Position numbers and translations under genes: made by a program
From: Eledone cirrhosa
Lineage: Eukaryota
NCBI GenBank assembly: GCA_964016885.1
Contig: CAXHJY010000983.1
Coordinates: 1 to 47,411 of the forward strand
DNA: 47,411 bases
Reading direction: 5' to 3'
Shown here: positions 1 through 19,641 of the stretch, one piece after another
How positions within the stretch are numbered: position 1 is the first letter of the stretch
Layout: each line of letters starts with the position of its first letter
The notes under the pieces: model-generated
Told to the model about the DNA's origin: nothing
The model's input: the letters and a program-made list of their open reading frames with translations, nothing else
Databases searched by the model: none

Positions 1-476
1 TAGCATTTTACGTTAGCAAATTTAATTATCCCAAATATTTTTGGGGTTAAAAACCCATTAAAATGGAGTGTCCCTGCGAAAGTCTTAAAGGAGTTGTCGG
101 AGTTTGATAATAGGTTTTTAAACCTGGAAATATTTAGGATTATTAAATTTACTAAGGTCGAATTCTTTCGTTATCTTAGCACAATTAATTTACTAATGCA
201 TTGTATGGCTTTAAATATTTTCCAATTTATATATCTATATCTATATAAAGAAGAATGCACAAGTGAGAACAAGATATAGAGGTAGAATCAGCTCCAGTAT
301 TAGTCTGGTATCTGTTTTCATCGAAAGAAGACAAAGTCGATCACGGCGGGGCTTGAACTTATAGGGCAAAAAGCCGAAACTAACATTCCAGAAGATTATA
401 TCCAACGCTCAAGCAACTCTGACAATGCATCACCTAACATCAGGACTTAACAGATCTGAAAGAAAGTGATATATAC

Positions 477-6671
<6,195 letters not shown>

Positions 6672-6905
6672 GGATGTCTACACTAATTTCAAAATATGTG
6701 ATAGTCATCTTTGGAAGTTCATCTTAAATACTTTATTCCAATGTGCCAGATGTTTGTCCACGTTGAAACTATATATATATTTCAGATATATATTGTGATG
6801 TTTTAATGATATATTCTGACATTTTTACTGATTTTCTATATATTTTCATGAAATATAATTTATAGATACTTTATCGAATTTAAATACGTAAATGTTTTCG
6901 TTAAC
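6672..6905 (-). promoter_or_regulatory. Copy A core promoter/5' UTR with TATA-like TATTTAA (6730-6724)
   Basis: Block conserved upstream of all four exon-1 copies; TATTTAA lies about 30 nt before a pyrimidine-A initiator-like site and about 55-60 nt before the ATG. Confidence 0.55.
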
Positions 6906-7234
6906 CTATATATATACCGTATAACAGGAGTTGCCGTGGTAGCGGTTCCAATCTCTGTCGGCCTTTGTATTTCCTTTAGACAATATCAGTTTCGTGGAAG
7001 GGGTGATTTGCTTAGTTGTTCCACACTCGGTCTTGTATGAAACACCTCACCCTGTCTTGCAACACGGAGAGGAATTCTCCACAAGAGTATGTCTATAATC
7101 TGAAGAAAACCATCTGATTGAACGTTCTGTACAACTTTTTATGTTAGGTGTGACAAACTTTATGAACAAAAATATTTCACTTTCTGCCAAAAGTTACAAA
7201 ATAAGACTGATTTCAGTTAGAGAAAGGTATATCT

Positions 7235-7288
7235 TTATATGAGTGTTATAACAGCAGCTGCAGAGAGAAATATTGAGGAAAACTTGGA
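7235..7288 (-). CDS. Extra (orphan or alternative) terminal exon SKFSSIFLSAAAVITLI*
   Basis: tttcgtttacag acceptor; homologous to exon 6 and followed by the same conserved 3' flank (6940-7230). Confidence 0.6.
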   Translation of the reverse strand, partial: SKFSSIFLSAAAVITLI

Positions 7289-7475
7289 CTGTAAACGAAA
7301 TACATATTTGTTTATTTAAATATATATTGTGTTGTAGATTCATGAAATTCAATATGCTTTAACGTACTCTAATATTTCAACACCGTAACATGCTAACAAT
7401 ATCCGCCACCACTACACACATAACACCTTTCTCCATTTCTGCTAATGGAATCATTTTCATTTGTATTATGGTGGA

Positions 7476-7660
7476 TTGGCAGTATCGGTAGAGGGTCGGA
7501 CGCCATGCTTTCCAGCACAGTTACGTCCCTTTACGATCTGAGTTCAAATCCCGCCGCGGTTGATTTTGCCTTTCATCCTTACGGGGTCGATAAAATAAAG
7601 TACCAGTAATGCACTGGTCAATTGCTGGCCTTGTGCCTAAAGTAGAAACAATTATTAAGA
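7476..7660 (+). mobile_element. tRNA-derived SINE (MetaSINE-like central domain)
   Basis: A-box-like tggcagtatcggtag, B-box gagttcaaatcc, core gcctttcatcc..ggggtcgataaaataaagtaccag; many copies in the window. Confidence 0.8.
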
Positions 7661-7683
7661 GGATAAAATGCGTTACTACACAC

Positions 7684-7748
<65 letters not shown>

Positions 7749-7914
7749 CACACAGTCTCACAGCAGTCTCCTGATGATTTAATATTTCTTACGATATTTC
7801 ACTCGGAGTACCGTTATTTTCCTAATGAAAGTGCAGTGGGGACATTAAAGTGAGTGGGTAAAGATTTCTTTCTTAACTTGTTTGCTTTTTGGATATTTGC
7901 TATTAGGCCGCCAA

Positions 7915-8060
7915 GCATTATGAGTTACGGCCCTTACCATTCTGAGTTCAAATCCCGCCGAGGTTAACTTTGCCTTTCATCCTTACGGGGTCGATTAAAT
8001 AAAGTACCAGTAATACACTGGGCTAATTACTGGCCTTGTGCCAAAAGTAGATAAAAATTA
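7915..8060 (+). mobile_element. SINE, 5'-truncated copy
   Basis: B-box and core as at 7476. Confidence 0.75.
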
Positions 8061-8224
8061 TTAGGCTCCGAACCAAACTCTGAACCAAACTCAGTATAAT
8101 TTGGAGACTCTCTATATATGCATGTATACTTGTATCTGTACTCGTGTAGAGATATATATACTTCTTCGTTTTATATATATATATATATATACATAAACAC
8201 ACACACACATATATATATATATGT

Positions 8225-8385
8225 AACGAAGGAAATGTGGTAAGGAACCAGATGGACCATAACGCACCAAAGTACTCAATACTTAGAGTAATAGAGTGGG
8301 TGATAGGAACGAGTAGGACCCCGACGGCTGAGCTCAAGCCGTTTCTACGGCTAGTTTGACGGCTAATTCTGGACGTCCAAAAGTT
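8225..8385. repeat. Dispersed short repeat embedded in (TA)n; also at 17240-17430, 30120-30182, 34938-35150, 39405-39510
   Basis: Shared gaaggaaatgtggtaaggaacca..ggaccat and gaccccgacggctgagctcaagccgtttc, often arranged as inverted pairs. Confidence 0.8.
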
Positions 8386-8481
8386 CCTATATACATATAT
8401 ATATGTGTGTGTGTGTGTATATATATATAAATATGTGTGTGTGTATATGTATATATATGTGTGTGTGTGTGTGTATGTATG

Positions 8482-8512
<31 letters not shown>

Positions 8513-8516
8513 ATGT

Positions 8517-8618
<102 letters not shown>

Positions 8619-9889
8619 AATAAGAACAAATAATCAGTATTAAATTATATACACATTTATTTGCGTATTACATATGTTTCACTGCTGGTCAGCTCGGGGA
8701 AGATTACCGACTCTGGAATGTGAAGCCCCTCCGATATGTCTTCTTGCATGTAGAGGCATGTCCAAATGTATATATGTATATACATAATTATATATGTTTG
8801 CATATATATATATATATCACAGAAAAAAAGAATCAGTGTTGCGACGAAAGGAATTTATTGGACATATTACAATTGTTTCTCGGGCGACCAGCTTGAGGCA
8901 CGATCGATGTGGTGATCAAACCTGACTCTCAAATCGCGCGTCCTCGGATACGTCTCAATTCTACGAAGCAGATTTTCCTATATATATATATCTAAACTAT
9001 AATAAAGGGGGAAGCGCAGGACTGCGTACGGTTTTTCATTTTTTATCCCATTAGTAAAAATAAGTTGGATTACTTTGAATAATTAATGAATGAATATTAC
9101 ATAATTTATCTACTAAATGTCGTGGCTGTTGATTAAATATATTTTGTTTATTTAAAGATTCACTTCTTTAACATTTCTGATATGTCAACACTTCCGGTTG
9201 GCGATCGCCTAAATAAACATACTAATTTTCTGTCACTAATTTCTCATAATACAGTTTATATATAATATCGTATTTTTTAATGTATCATGGATTACGTTAC
9301 TGATTAAATAAGACAGTGTAACGCAGTCTTCGTTCAATTTCTATGTATAATATATTGTCAATTACGATTTTATTTGATGTATCATATCTATATATAATAT
9401 ATAATATATAATATCAATATCAATAATATATATGAATATATGTGAATATATATATATATATATATATCGTATAATATCAGTTGTGCCGGCAGAGGTTCCA
9501 ATATACACCGGTGTTTGCATTTCCATTGGATTGTATCGTGGATTGAAGAGATTTGGGTACATTCTCCACATATGGTTGTGTATGAAACACCTCACCCAGC
9601 CTTGCAACACGGATAAGTATCCACTTGAGGCGTGGTGGGTGTCTACATCTGCAGAGGACCGTAGAGGTCGCTAGAACCTTCTACATTATGTGTGATAAAC
9701 TTTAGCAAAACAAGTATTTCGGTTTCTGACAAAAGTTACAAGATTAGACTGATTTCCTTTAGAGGAACAAATATCTTTATTTACATAAGCGTCAGTGTTA
9801 CAACAGCAGCTGCAGTGAAAAATATTGAAGACATCTTCACCTGTAAGTGAAATGAATAATTTTATTATAGATTCATTTTATGTAAAAGG

Positions 9890-10570
9890 ATTACTTTATT
9901 CTATATGTATGCCCAGTATGGGAGCGAGCTGTCCGCGCTCCAGAAGCTAGATCCCGCTCTCAATGCTAGCTGCCGCCCCAACACAGGCTGCTTGAAATCT
10001 ACACCTACTTACCGTCTGCATATCCAGGCAGGTATAGCCCCACAAGAGATACGACGGAGTGCAGCATGCAAGAAAGAACGTCAAAATCAGTCTACAGATC
10101 GAAAACATCCTATGTTTCGACATGTTCCAGCCAAAAGCCGCCTTAAATCCAGGAAAAATGTTCCAAAGAGCGTCACGCCCCTTACAACATAAAGCATAAT
10201 TTGTGAAATAGTTCTCGCTTGGACGAAAAACTTAACAACCTCCACTCTGTAACAAAAAATGGAGCTAAAGGCCTGCGAGGCACTTTTCACCGGTGCTGAT
10301 ACAAACGATGCACTGTGAAAATTCCTCAACAGACTAAGATCTGGTGTTTGACGTGTAAAAGCAAATGTTGCAAAATTGGGATATTTAAAGGATGAGGTAG
10401 TTATGTGTGACTGCAGCTTTGCACCACTGACTACGCAGCACCTCCTGATATCCCCCCTGCTGGAACACCCCTGCACAACATTGGACTTGGCAGAGTTTAA
10501 TGAGAAAAGACAGCAATGTGTTCAACTGTGGCGGAACCACATCTAGCAAAGCTGTGTAACTGACACTCTT
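9890..10570 (+). mobile_element. Decayed 3' part of a non-LTR retrotransposon (I-group, Ingi/Vingi-like; clade tentative) in intron 5 of copy B
   Basis: KLDPALNASCR..TGCLKSTP...AGIAP..IRR...SRLKSRK, then LNRLRSG and a C-terminal zinc-knuckle remnant. Confidence 0.7.
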
Positions 10571-11571
10571 GAGGACAGGATACTAATAACACTATATATA
10601 ATGTAGTAATGTACATTACGGTGACCATTAACAAAAGTAGTATAAGGAAGGAGATCATATTGAAATCATAATAGTTATTGCAATGCTACCATAGTATAAC
10701 TAAAGAATATAATTAGTGATTAAATGTTTTGAAGGGTTTTAATAATGTATTAATTGTTTCTACTTTAGGCACAAGGCCAGCAATTTACCAGTGCATTACT
10801 GGTACTTTATTTTATCGACCCAGTAAGGATGAAGGGCAAATTCAACCTTATTCAATGTTCATATATTGATATACGGGAAATATATTCCCTGTAAAATATA
10901 TTTGGTTACTGCATTAACGGGACAATAATAACATCAATGTGATAATGTAGTGTTATAGATATTTATATTAAGTTTAGAATAGGTTAAAAGAAAGAGTTTT
11001 TGACGGTATATTGACGGAATCTTTAGACCGTCAGATAGAATACTTGAGGTATCAATTTCGGGCCTCACCGTTTTGTAAGTTCAAACATAGAGGCGGTCTC
11101 ATTTAGCTTTCATCCTTTCGGAGTCGATAAAATGTATCAGTCCGATACTTGGGTCGATATTTCGTTTATATCTCTTTTTCACTTCCTCTCTTTTATTGTC
11201 ATACTTGTTGCACTTATTCTTTGACTGACATCACCCGTGATCAGACATGGTACAGGGAAGGGCTACCGAAAGGACTATAGTGCCCAAGACACGCCGTATA
11301 TAACAACTACGTCTTAACGACTCCATTCTAGCTGATGTTCTAACAACGCTACTAATTCCACGCCCCTAATAGTGAATCATGTGATATAATAAATGTATCA
11401 ATATTGAAATAGTGTCGATTGATTAATGATATAATTCTGTTACGTACCCTGTCTCTGCTACCGCCATTTTTCTGAAAACAAAAGAGCTGAGAAACACATG
11501 ATATAATATATTTTGTGACGTACCTTCTCTCTGCTTTCACCTTTGTTATACTGAAAACAAAAGAGTTGAGA

Positions 11572-12757
11572 AAATTATTTCAAGGATTTATTATAGCAAA
11601 CACTATGTACATTTCAGTGTCGAGGTTCCGTAAGATCCATTTGACATCATCAGGAGTTTATTGCACAATAGTCATATAATAAAGGAATAATGATAAATAG
11701 TATGTCAGGTCACTCTTGATTGCTACTGGTAACATGTAAACCAGTACAACCCGTCGCATGGTCGGGTCGGCGGCGACTAAACCCGCAACCCCACCAAGTT
11801 CAATTGGTGAGGAGGGTGATTTTGGATACCCTGCAGGACAAAATAAAAAACCTGACAAAGCGCGGAAGAACTGATAAGAGTCAACGGCCATCCAAAAATG
11901 TGTAAATATGTATATACACATGTACATATGTATTTGTATATATATACGTGTGTATATGCCTGGGGTGTCAGGAAGGGGCATGTACCTCTGTAGGGGAGGG
12001 GTCTCTCCATGCCCTTTTCAGGACAGCTCGTCCTCCATTGGGTTCCACCTGGCACTCAGCTCTCACCTGTGGCCCCAAGAAGCTGTAGCATGCGACAGCG
12101 GCCACACCCTGGTAAACCGCCTCGACTGGCTGGCTGAACCAGGTTGAGGGTAGCCGGAAGGGTTTGAAAGCCACCCAGCCTCCCCGGTGATTTAGATAGG
12201 GGATGCCTGCTCCTGCATGCGAAGACTGGACACGGCGTAGTGAGTGGAGGAGGACATCATCCCAACGGTCACAAAGGCGACGACAGCAGCGGTGTGGAGC
12301 GCTATGGCACGGCAAGGCACTACAGACGTCGTGGCCATCCACTACAGCCAAAGGAAGTTCCTGGTCGTGACGGTCCTCCGTACCACCGGATTCTGGCTTA
12401 TGCGGCCGAGTTAGTGAGACCGTCACTGTGTACTGGCCCTCCCCCACTATAAACCTTTACCGCACAGGATTCCTCTTTAGCGTGTGCCCACGTCAGACGG
12501 GAACTAAATTAAAAAAGGTGTCATCATCGTTCACGATGGAGAATCAGAGAGAATGATAAACACAATGCAAGAGGCTAAAGAAACAGAGAAAAATGTTCAT
12601 CACTCGAAAACGGTCAGAGCCAGTAGTTGTCAGTTTGACTAACCACTTTCATTTATTATGTAACTTTTATGCAATAAACACCTGATGATCTCACCATGAT
12701 TTTACGGTACTTGGTCATTGAAATAGTGTTTGCTATAAAATATCTTTGAAGGAATTT
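11572..12757. mobile_element. ~1.2-kb insertion bounded by ~110-bp imperfect inverted repeats, with a GC-rich interior
   Basis: 11572-11685 is the reverse complement of 12650-12757 (shared tatagcaaacactat and atcatcagg..tttattgca). Confidence 0.6.
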
Positions 12758-13183
12758 CCTCCGTCTAGTCTCCTGTCATTTTACTATATATATATATAGA
12801 GAGAGAGAGAGATGTATGTGTGTTTGCGCGTGTGTGTGTGCGTGTGTATGTGTGAAAATAATATAATATATATATATATATGTATATATAAATCAGGAAA
12901 GTTTTTACAACATAGAAATTACCGCGTACTCGCAGTATCACTATGGAAACGCCTTGTTGAGTCAAACTTAGCCAAGCGTTGATATCATCCATAACTCGGA
13001 GTACCATAACTGGACTACACTTAAGTGCACTATCTATAACAATAATCTGTTACCCCGTATATATATATATATATATTTATTATATATATAGTACTCGTAG
13101 TATCGTGTGTAGCACGTGTTCTAAAATTTATTTAGGAGCACATGCAAATGCGCTAGCATGTATACTCACTCACACGTAGATTT

Positions 13184-13214
<31 letters not shown>

Positions 13215-13967
13215 GAAGGATTTAAATGGATACAGTTTAGTTAAAAGGAATTTATTGACACGTGTTTCAATAACAGTTACATAACCTGAAAACAGCTGCT
13301 ATCTACAAAGTATTAGTTATGCAGACATTCAATATTTCAATGTTATTATCAACTGTCATTTCATTACAACACTACGGAAAATACGGTATATATATATATA
13401 TATACATCTTTTGCTCTAGGGTTCTTATATATTTGATATATATTTATCCTTATCGAGCCCTCTGGATTTTAGTCTTCACATTTATTATTATTACTATATA
13501 TATAAATGGAAAAAATGAAACGAAATTTCATTTCTCACTCTTAGTACGGCTGTTACTTAAATATAAATATGTATACGTACATACATATATGTATACATTA
13601 GGTGCGCCCTGCCGATTAACTCACTCTATATGCAAATTAGGCTGCCAAGCCGTTAATATGCATAAGGAAAGTATATACTTTCAGATGTTCAATCATCTGG
13701 CAGGAAGGTATACGGTGCTAACGATAGCTAATAAGCTTGAAACTGGTACATCGTTCCTTTGTCAGTGTTGAACAAAAGGGCAACGATGGTTGCTAAACAC
13801 TGTACGGTTTAATTCGGGATGTTTCTTTACAAACAAACCGAGCATTATAATAAATGTTCGGTGAATTCATACGTACATATATATATATATGTGCATGTAT
13901 GTATGTATATATATATACATACTACTGTACGTATGTATACATATATGTATGTACGTATACATACTTA

Positions 13968-14016
<49 letters not shown>

Positions 14017-14166
14017 CTCAGTTCTCAGGGAGATTCAATACAACACAATATCATACAATGCTGTCTCTTTGAATTACATGTATTACACATGTCCAAATAT
14101 CGAATTCACCATCCTGATCCACTCGACACACAATGAACGTATGCATATACACAGATACATACACAT

Positions 14167-14219
<53 letters not shown>

Positions 14220-14481
14220 GACACATGTATATGTATAGGTATATATGTGTGTTTATGTATATGTGTCAAAATGTTGCAAACACTTTTCAGTTATAATTCT
14301 TAATTTTTCAACACTAAAACAGCAACCTAATGTAAGGTTCTTATATAACATTATGTTGAAATATTTCGATATAAATTAATAAAATTTAAGGATGGTGGTT
14401 TTATTTCATAGGACCAGAGCCAGTTTTAGCCAGGTTGGTAACTAAAGGTGTAAAAATACAATAAAGCTGACAGTAACTTAC

Positions 14482-14569
14482 GTAGCAAGAAATCAAATAT
14501 TTTCTTTCGTAGAAACGTTCACATTCAATATCCATCCCCTTGAAGCATAGCCAAAAGCCATCGAAGTAT
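14482..14569 (-). CDS. Copy B exon 4
   Basis: tattccag|...|gtaagt, 88 nt, YFDGFWLCFKGMDIECERFYERKYLISCY. Confidence 0.82.
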
Positions 14570-14825
14570 CTGGAATAGGTTTAAAATGACAATCTCCTTA
14601 AAATAATTGCATGTTTGCACGTGTGTGTGTTTACAAGTTTCGGCTGTATTGTTCATGGCCGGAATATGAATGAGTGATGCGAGAACTGTGAAATCTTGCC
14701 TGTGTTAGTTTCAATTCTACTTCTTAATAATTACTATGTTTCTTACGAGGGATTAAGTTGAAAAATAAACCTCATTAGATCATTTCATGATTGTATCTTG
14801 GTCACCCTATAACATTTTAAGCCGA

Positions 14826-14869
<44 letters not shown>

Positions 14870-15269
14870 GTTTCTGAATCTGTTTAGCAAGATTCTTTAT
14901 CTGAAATCGTGTGTTGAAACCGATATTGTTATACTTTGGGAGGGTCATGTTGCCAATAAGAAACACACGCACCAGTTGCTTTCACTTCAATTTATTATAT
15001 ATTTATAAATTAATAAATTTACAAATTTATAAATTTCTGGTTGGTTGGTTGGTTCCACAACCAGATAGTTGTTTATATATAGTCATAGTTCTTTCGTCAC
15101 ACCCTCTGTGACCTCTTCAGTGACTGGGGATTCATTTCTTTGTTTCTGTGCCTCTCCTTTGTTGTGTCCTACGCCATTTTGTTTATAAATATATAATAAA
15201 TTGAAGTGAAAGCAACTGGTGCGTGTGTTTCTTATTGTCAACATGACCCTCCCAAAGTATAACAATATA

Positions 15270-15320
<51 letters not shown>

Positions 15321-15609
15321 CTGTGTGTGTATGTCACTATTAATTTTCTAATGCATTGTATGGCTTTACAAATTAAAATTGTTTTTATATATCTTTGTAC
15401 AGAAGAATAGAGAAGTTAGAAGGAGATATAGAGATAGAATCAACACCAGTATAAGTCTGGTACATGTTTTCATCGAAAGCATGGAAGATAAAGTTGATCT
15501 CCGCGCGATTTGAACTTAGAGAGCAAAAACTTGAAACTAACATTCCCGTGTATTCTAACCAATGCTAGAACATTAAGAGGAACCAGACGTAAAAGAAAGT
15601 GGTATATAC

Positions 15610-15730
15610 CTGCAGAAATCGTCCTTTATATCTTCAAACTTTTGAGGACAGTGAGAAGACGCGCTTAACTTACAGCTCAGCAGCATTTGCAATAATTCGT
15701 CTGGGTGTATTTTAATATGAGCGAAAATTT
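15610..15730 (-). CDS. Copy B exon 3 (5' boundary uncertain)
   Basis: Open frame with C-x7-CP-x10-C ending TGC AG|gtatat; acceptor degenerate. Confidence 0.7.
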
Positions 15731-15895
15731 AAAAAAAAATGGTAAGATCTCAATGCATTCCAATATAGAAATTTTAGTAAACACGCACTCACACACTTAT
15801 ACACACACATACATACGCAGACACACATACACAGACGAACACAATGCACATATGTATGTGTGTATTGGTTTAAATATATATATATACACACACAC

Positions 15896-15968
<73 letters not shown>

Positions 15969-16219
15969 TTTAAATTATTGATTTATTGATATTTTATTTG
16001 AGTGACCCGAATCTTCCTGGTCGTTCTTTTTCGGATGTACGGGTGATTTTAGGCATAATCTCTATGTGTTGGTAATTTAACGATGGTTATAGCTCTGATT
16101 TATCCAAATTATTGAGCCCTCTGCCACTCATATCGGATATTGTTTATCGTTAATTCGTGAGCTGATTTTCCGATACTCGATTATTCTATTATATATATAT
16201 ATATATATATATACATACA

Positions 16220-16900
16220 TACTTTGATAAATTGATAGGTTTTGGCCAAGTTATGGCGAATGCTACGTCTACATTAATAGCACCACCTGGCGAAGTCTTT
16301 CAAATCAGGTTTTGTACAACATGGTCCGCACAAGTAGAGAGTTATTATTTACCGAGATTGGCAGTATCGGTAGAGAGTCGGACGCCATGCTTTGACGCAT
16401 AGTTACGGCCCTTGCCATTCTGAGTTCAAATCCCGCCGAGGTTAACTTTGCCTTTCATCCTTACGGGGTCGATAAAATAAAGTACCAGTAATGCACTGGG
16501 TAATTACTGGCCTTGTGCCAAAAGTAGAAACAATTATTTACCGAGATATATTCTGCTGTAGCAGGTTTATCCGGGATTTCTTAAAGGAAATTGTCCAAAG
16601 ACCTCTTCAACGTTGTGGTGTCTGTTTCTCTGTTAATGTGTTTTGGTGTAATTTTAAAGAGAGCGGGCCGAAATTAGAAAAAATGGTTGTGCTCTATTGT
16701 TGTCATGAGATGCGAGTTTGATTTTTGTTGTGGTCGGATAGAACGAAGCCCAAGCCTTAGGTTTACCTTGAAGGTCATGCCAACATCATTTGGACAATGC
16801 TGATGCAATATTTTCCACATCATGCAGATGATGTAGTAGTTAGGGCTACGTTGGAGTGTATAAAGTTTGAGCTTTTCTAGTCGACCCCAAAAGTCAAGCT
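16220..16900 (-). mobile_element. Decayed CR1/L2-like LINE 3' end (intron 2 of copy B), interrupted by a SINE
   Basis: Homology to 1825-2290; RLEKLKLYTLQR motif in ORF 16674-16970. Confidence 0.75.
16359..16532 (+). mobile_element. Full-length SINE with 15-bp target-site duplication
   Basis: attatttaccgagat at 16344-16358 and 16533-16547. Confidence 0.9.
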
Positions 16901-17181
16901 TGAAATGCCACCTGTCATTTTTGTGATTGATATTGTCTGTGACCAATGTATATATGACAGAGACACCCATTGTGTTGTTATTTCTGTTTACCTTTTACAT
17001 ACACACACATATATATATATTACATACGCACATATATATATATTTCATTCATTTATCGTATAATTTCTAAATGCGAGGTAATCGAAAACACTCGATTCGG
17101 TCGCTTATTTAAACAATTTTTTTCATTATAAGGAATTATTTTTATACCCCATGAATTTCGTTATAACGGAATTTTATTGTA

Positions 17182-17229
<48 letters not shown>

Positions 17230-17439
17230 CATATATATATATAGGAAAATGTATGACCCCGACGGCAGAGCTCAACCCGTTTCTACGGCTATTTCTGTCT
17301 ATCAGTAATAGCCCTCGAAACGGCTTGAGCTCTGTTGTCGGGGTCATATATTTTCCTATTTACCACTCTTCTACCCTAAGTATTGAGTACTCTGGTGCGT
17401 TATGATCCATCTGGTTCCTTACCACAACTCCTTTCCTTA

Positions 17440-17565
17440 TCCTTTGCGATCTCAGTTCAAATCCCGCCGAGGTTGACTTTGCCTTTCATCCTTACGGGGT
17501 CGATAAAATAAAGTACCAGTAATGCACTGGGTAATTGCTGGCCTTGTGCCTAAAGTAGAAATAAT
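17440..17565 (+). mobile_element. SINE, 5'-truncated copy
   Basis: B-box and core motif. Confidence 0.75.
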
Positions 17566-18096
17566 TATATATATTCAGGGTGATAAAGCTACGAAGCTCG
17601 GCTAAAACCTTCATAGGCCGTCTATGGAGGATTTATGCTAGGGCTGTGAAATCTTACATGCATCAAGTTCAATTCTTCTTATCAAGAACATCATTGATTA
17701 TTTTAAGGGACTACATTGAAAATTAAACCACATTTAGTAATTCCGTGAGAGTATCTTGGTCAGTCTATAAACTTCTCAGCCTAAGAAAGATTAAGCTGTC
17801 CCCCCTGCTACTCGTCCCATTGTAACAATATCTTCTGAAGGAAATAAAAAGAGTTGTTCGGAATAAAAACACAGAATAAAAGAGAACAGGTTTTTATATT
17901 GGAGTATTTTAGTGACATTGATTAGATAGAAAACATGGAAAATATACGTACTTCCATGGCACAGAGAAAACCCTGAAATAAAAAAGAGGGCCAATGCGTG
18001 AATTGTGGTTAATCAATGAGGTATTGTGTATGTGTATATGTGAGTATGGGTGTAAGTGTGAGCATTTACCAAACAATATATTCATGGATGGATAGA

Positions 18097-18203
<107 letters not shown>

Positions 18204-18439
18204 ACATATATATATCTATTTATTAATAAAAGATCGGAGAGCATATGTTATTTAAAACTCTCTTATACATGTTTCACTGGAAATTATGAGTTATGATAGG
18301 GTGAGCTCTTCAGACGGCAAATCCTAAAGTAAACATTGAAATTTCCTAAGAGACCTTTAAATTTAGAAAAATGCAATAATTTCTCCGAGAAAGATTTTCT
18401 TTTCAGGTTACAGGGTGCCGGCCTAACTGATGGTGTTGC

Positions 18440-19310
18440 TTCTTCGACGGTCTTAACGGTCAAGTTTTTGAAAAGCACACCATGGAAAGCGTCACGCAAA
18501 TAGCTACCTCCATTCACCAGAGTAGTAAAGTTACTATAGACTACCCAACTAAACAACCTAACTATAGATTACCCGTACTAGACACAGAACTGTGGTTGGA
18601 AACTATAAGTAATAGAACGCAAATGCTCCATTCGCATTCTCCCAAACCCATGACCTTTAAATACCTGTTCCACCGAAAGTCAGGTGTTTCGAATCACATA
18701 AAAATGAATATACTGATTGCAGAATTAGTGTGAGTGGTGAGGGACGTGACCCGCATGTGCAAACATAACGAATTAGAGAGACACATCTAACATTTAATCC
18801 ACCGAATGCATTAATCTGGCTACAATGAAGGAGACAAGATCAGGGTATATAAAGAAGCCAGAACCAAACGGGCAAAGATTGTAGAAAATGATGCAAATGT
18901 GACTTGCCCCATATATAGGAACATATTTTGTAACAGAATAGAAATGATTAGGAATAAGGCAAATAAAATCAACTCGTGGTGTTATAGCAATAAATACCAG
19001 AGCATGATGCGAACTTGCCTACAGATTTAGAAAGGCCCTAGACAAGTTCAAATTACATATAAAGTAAGTTGGAAGACCAGGTATTCCCATAAATCTCTAA
19101 TTAGTAAAACATACCTTTTTCTAAGATACCCATGTACTAATAGTAAATGCATAGTCTACAAACTAAGCCTACAAACTAACTGCAAAATGAGGAACGTAGT
19201 AAATAGCATAAGATGTACCGAGGGACTGTGTGAAATTAAGAATATAACATACATATGTGAAACAGCCTGTAGCATAGGAGAAAGGTGGAATAGTAACATC
19301 ACAACTAGTT
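18440..19310 (+). mobile_element. Penelope-like element fragment (RT C-terminus plus GIY-YIG endonuclease remnant)
   Basis: TIDYP...RLPVLDTELW...KP (18482-18733) and, at about 19180-19290, NCKMRNVVNSIRC...TYICETACSIGER matching the PLE GIY-YIG pattern; stops and frameshifts present. Confidence 0.75.
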
Positions 19311-19610
19311 ATTAAGGACAAAACGAAGACTTACAGACACAAACAAAAACCAAAATACCATAACAAATCAGACATGTACAGATAGAACAAACATCCAACG
19401 ACTGGCAATTAAATAGAAACGTAAATAGTAAATAACAACACACAGATACACACGCCCGGATGTGACGCATGCACAAACTATGCACGCAGCACACAACATA
19501 CAAAATCAAGATGGTGTAGGACGGAATAAATGAGTAACAGAAATAAAAACGTAGTCACTGAGGAGGTCAAAGAATGTGCGATGAAAGAGCTTTGATACAC
19601 ATGCACACGC

Positions 19611-19641
<31 letters not shown>

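Noticed and set aside
7476-7560. tRNA-like A/B boxes
   Set aside because: SINE heads; no complete cloverleaf and always followed by the SINE core
11908-12452. GC-rich overlapping ORFs (70-159 aa)
   Set aside because: No recognisable domain or splice context; lies inside a repeat-like insertion
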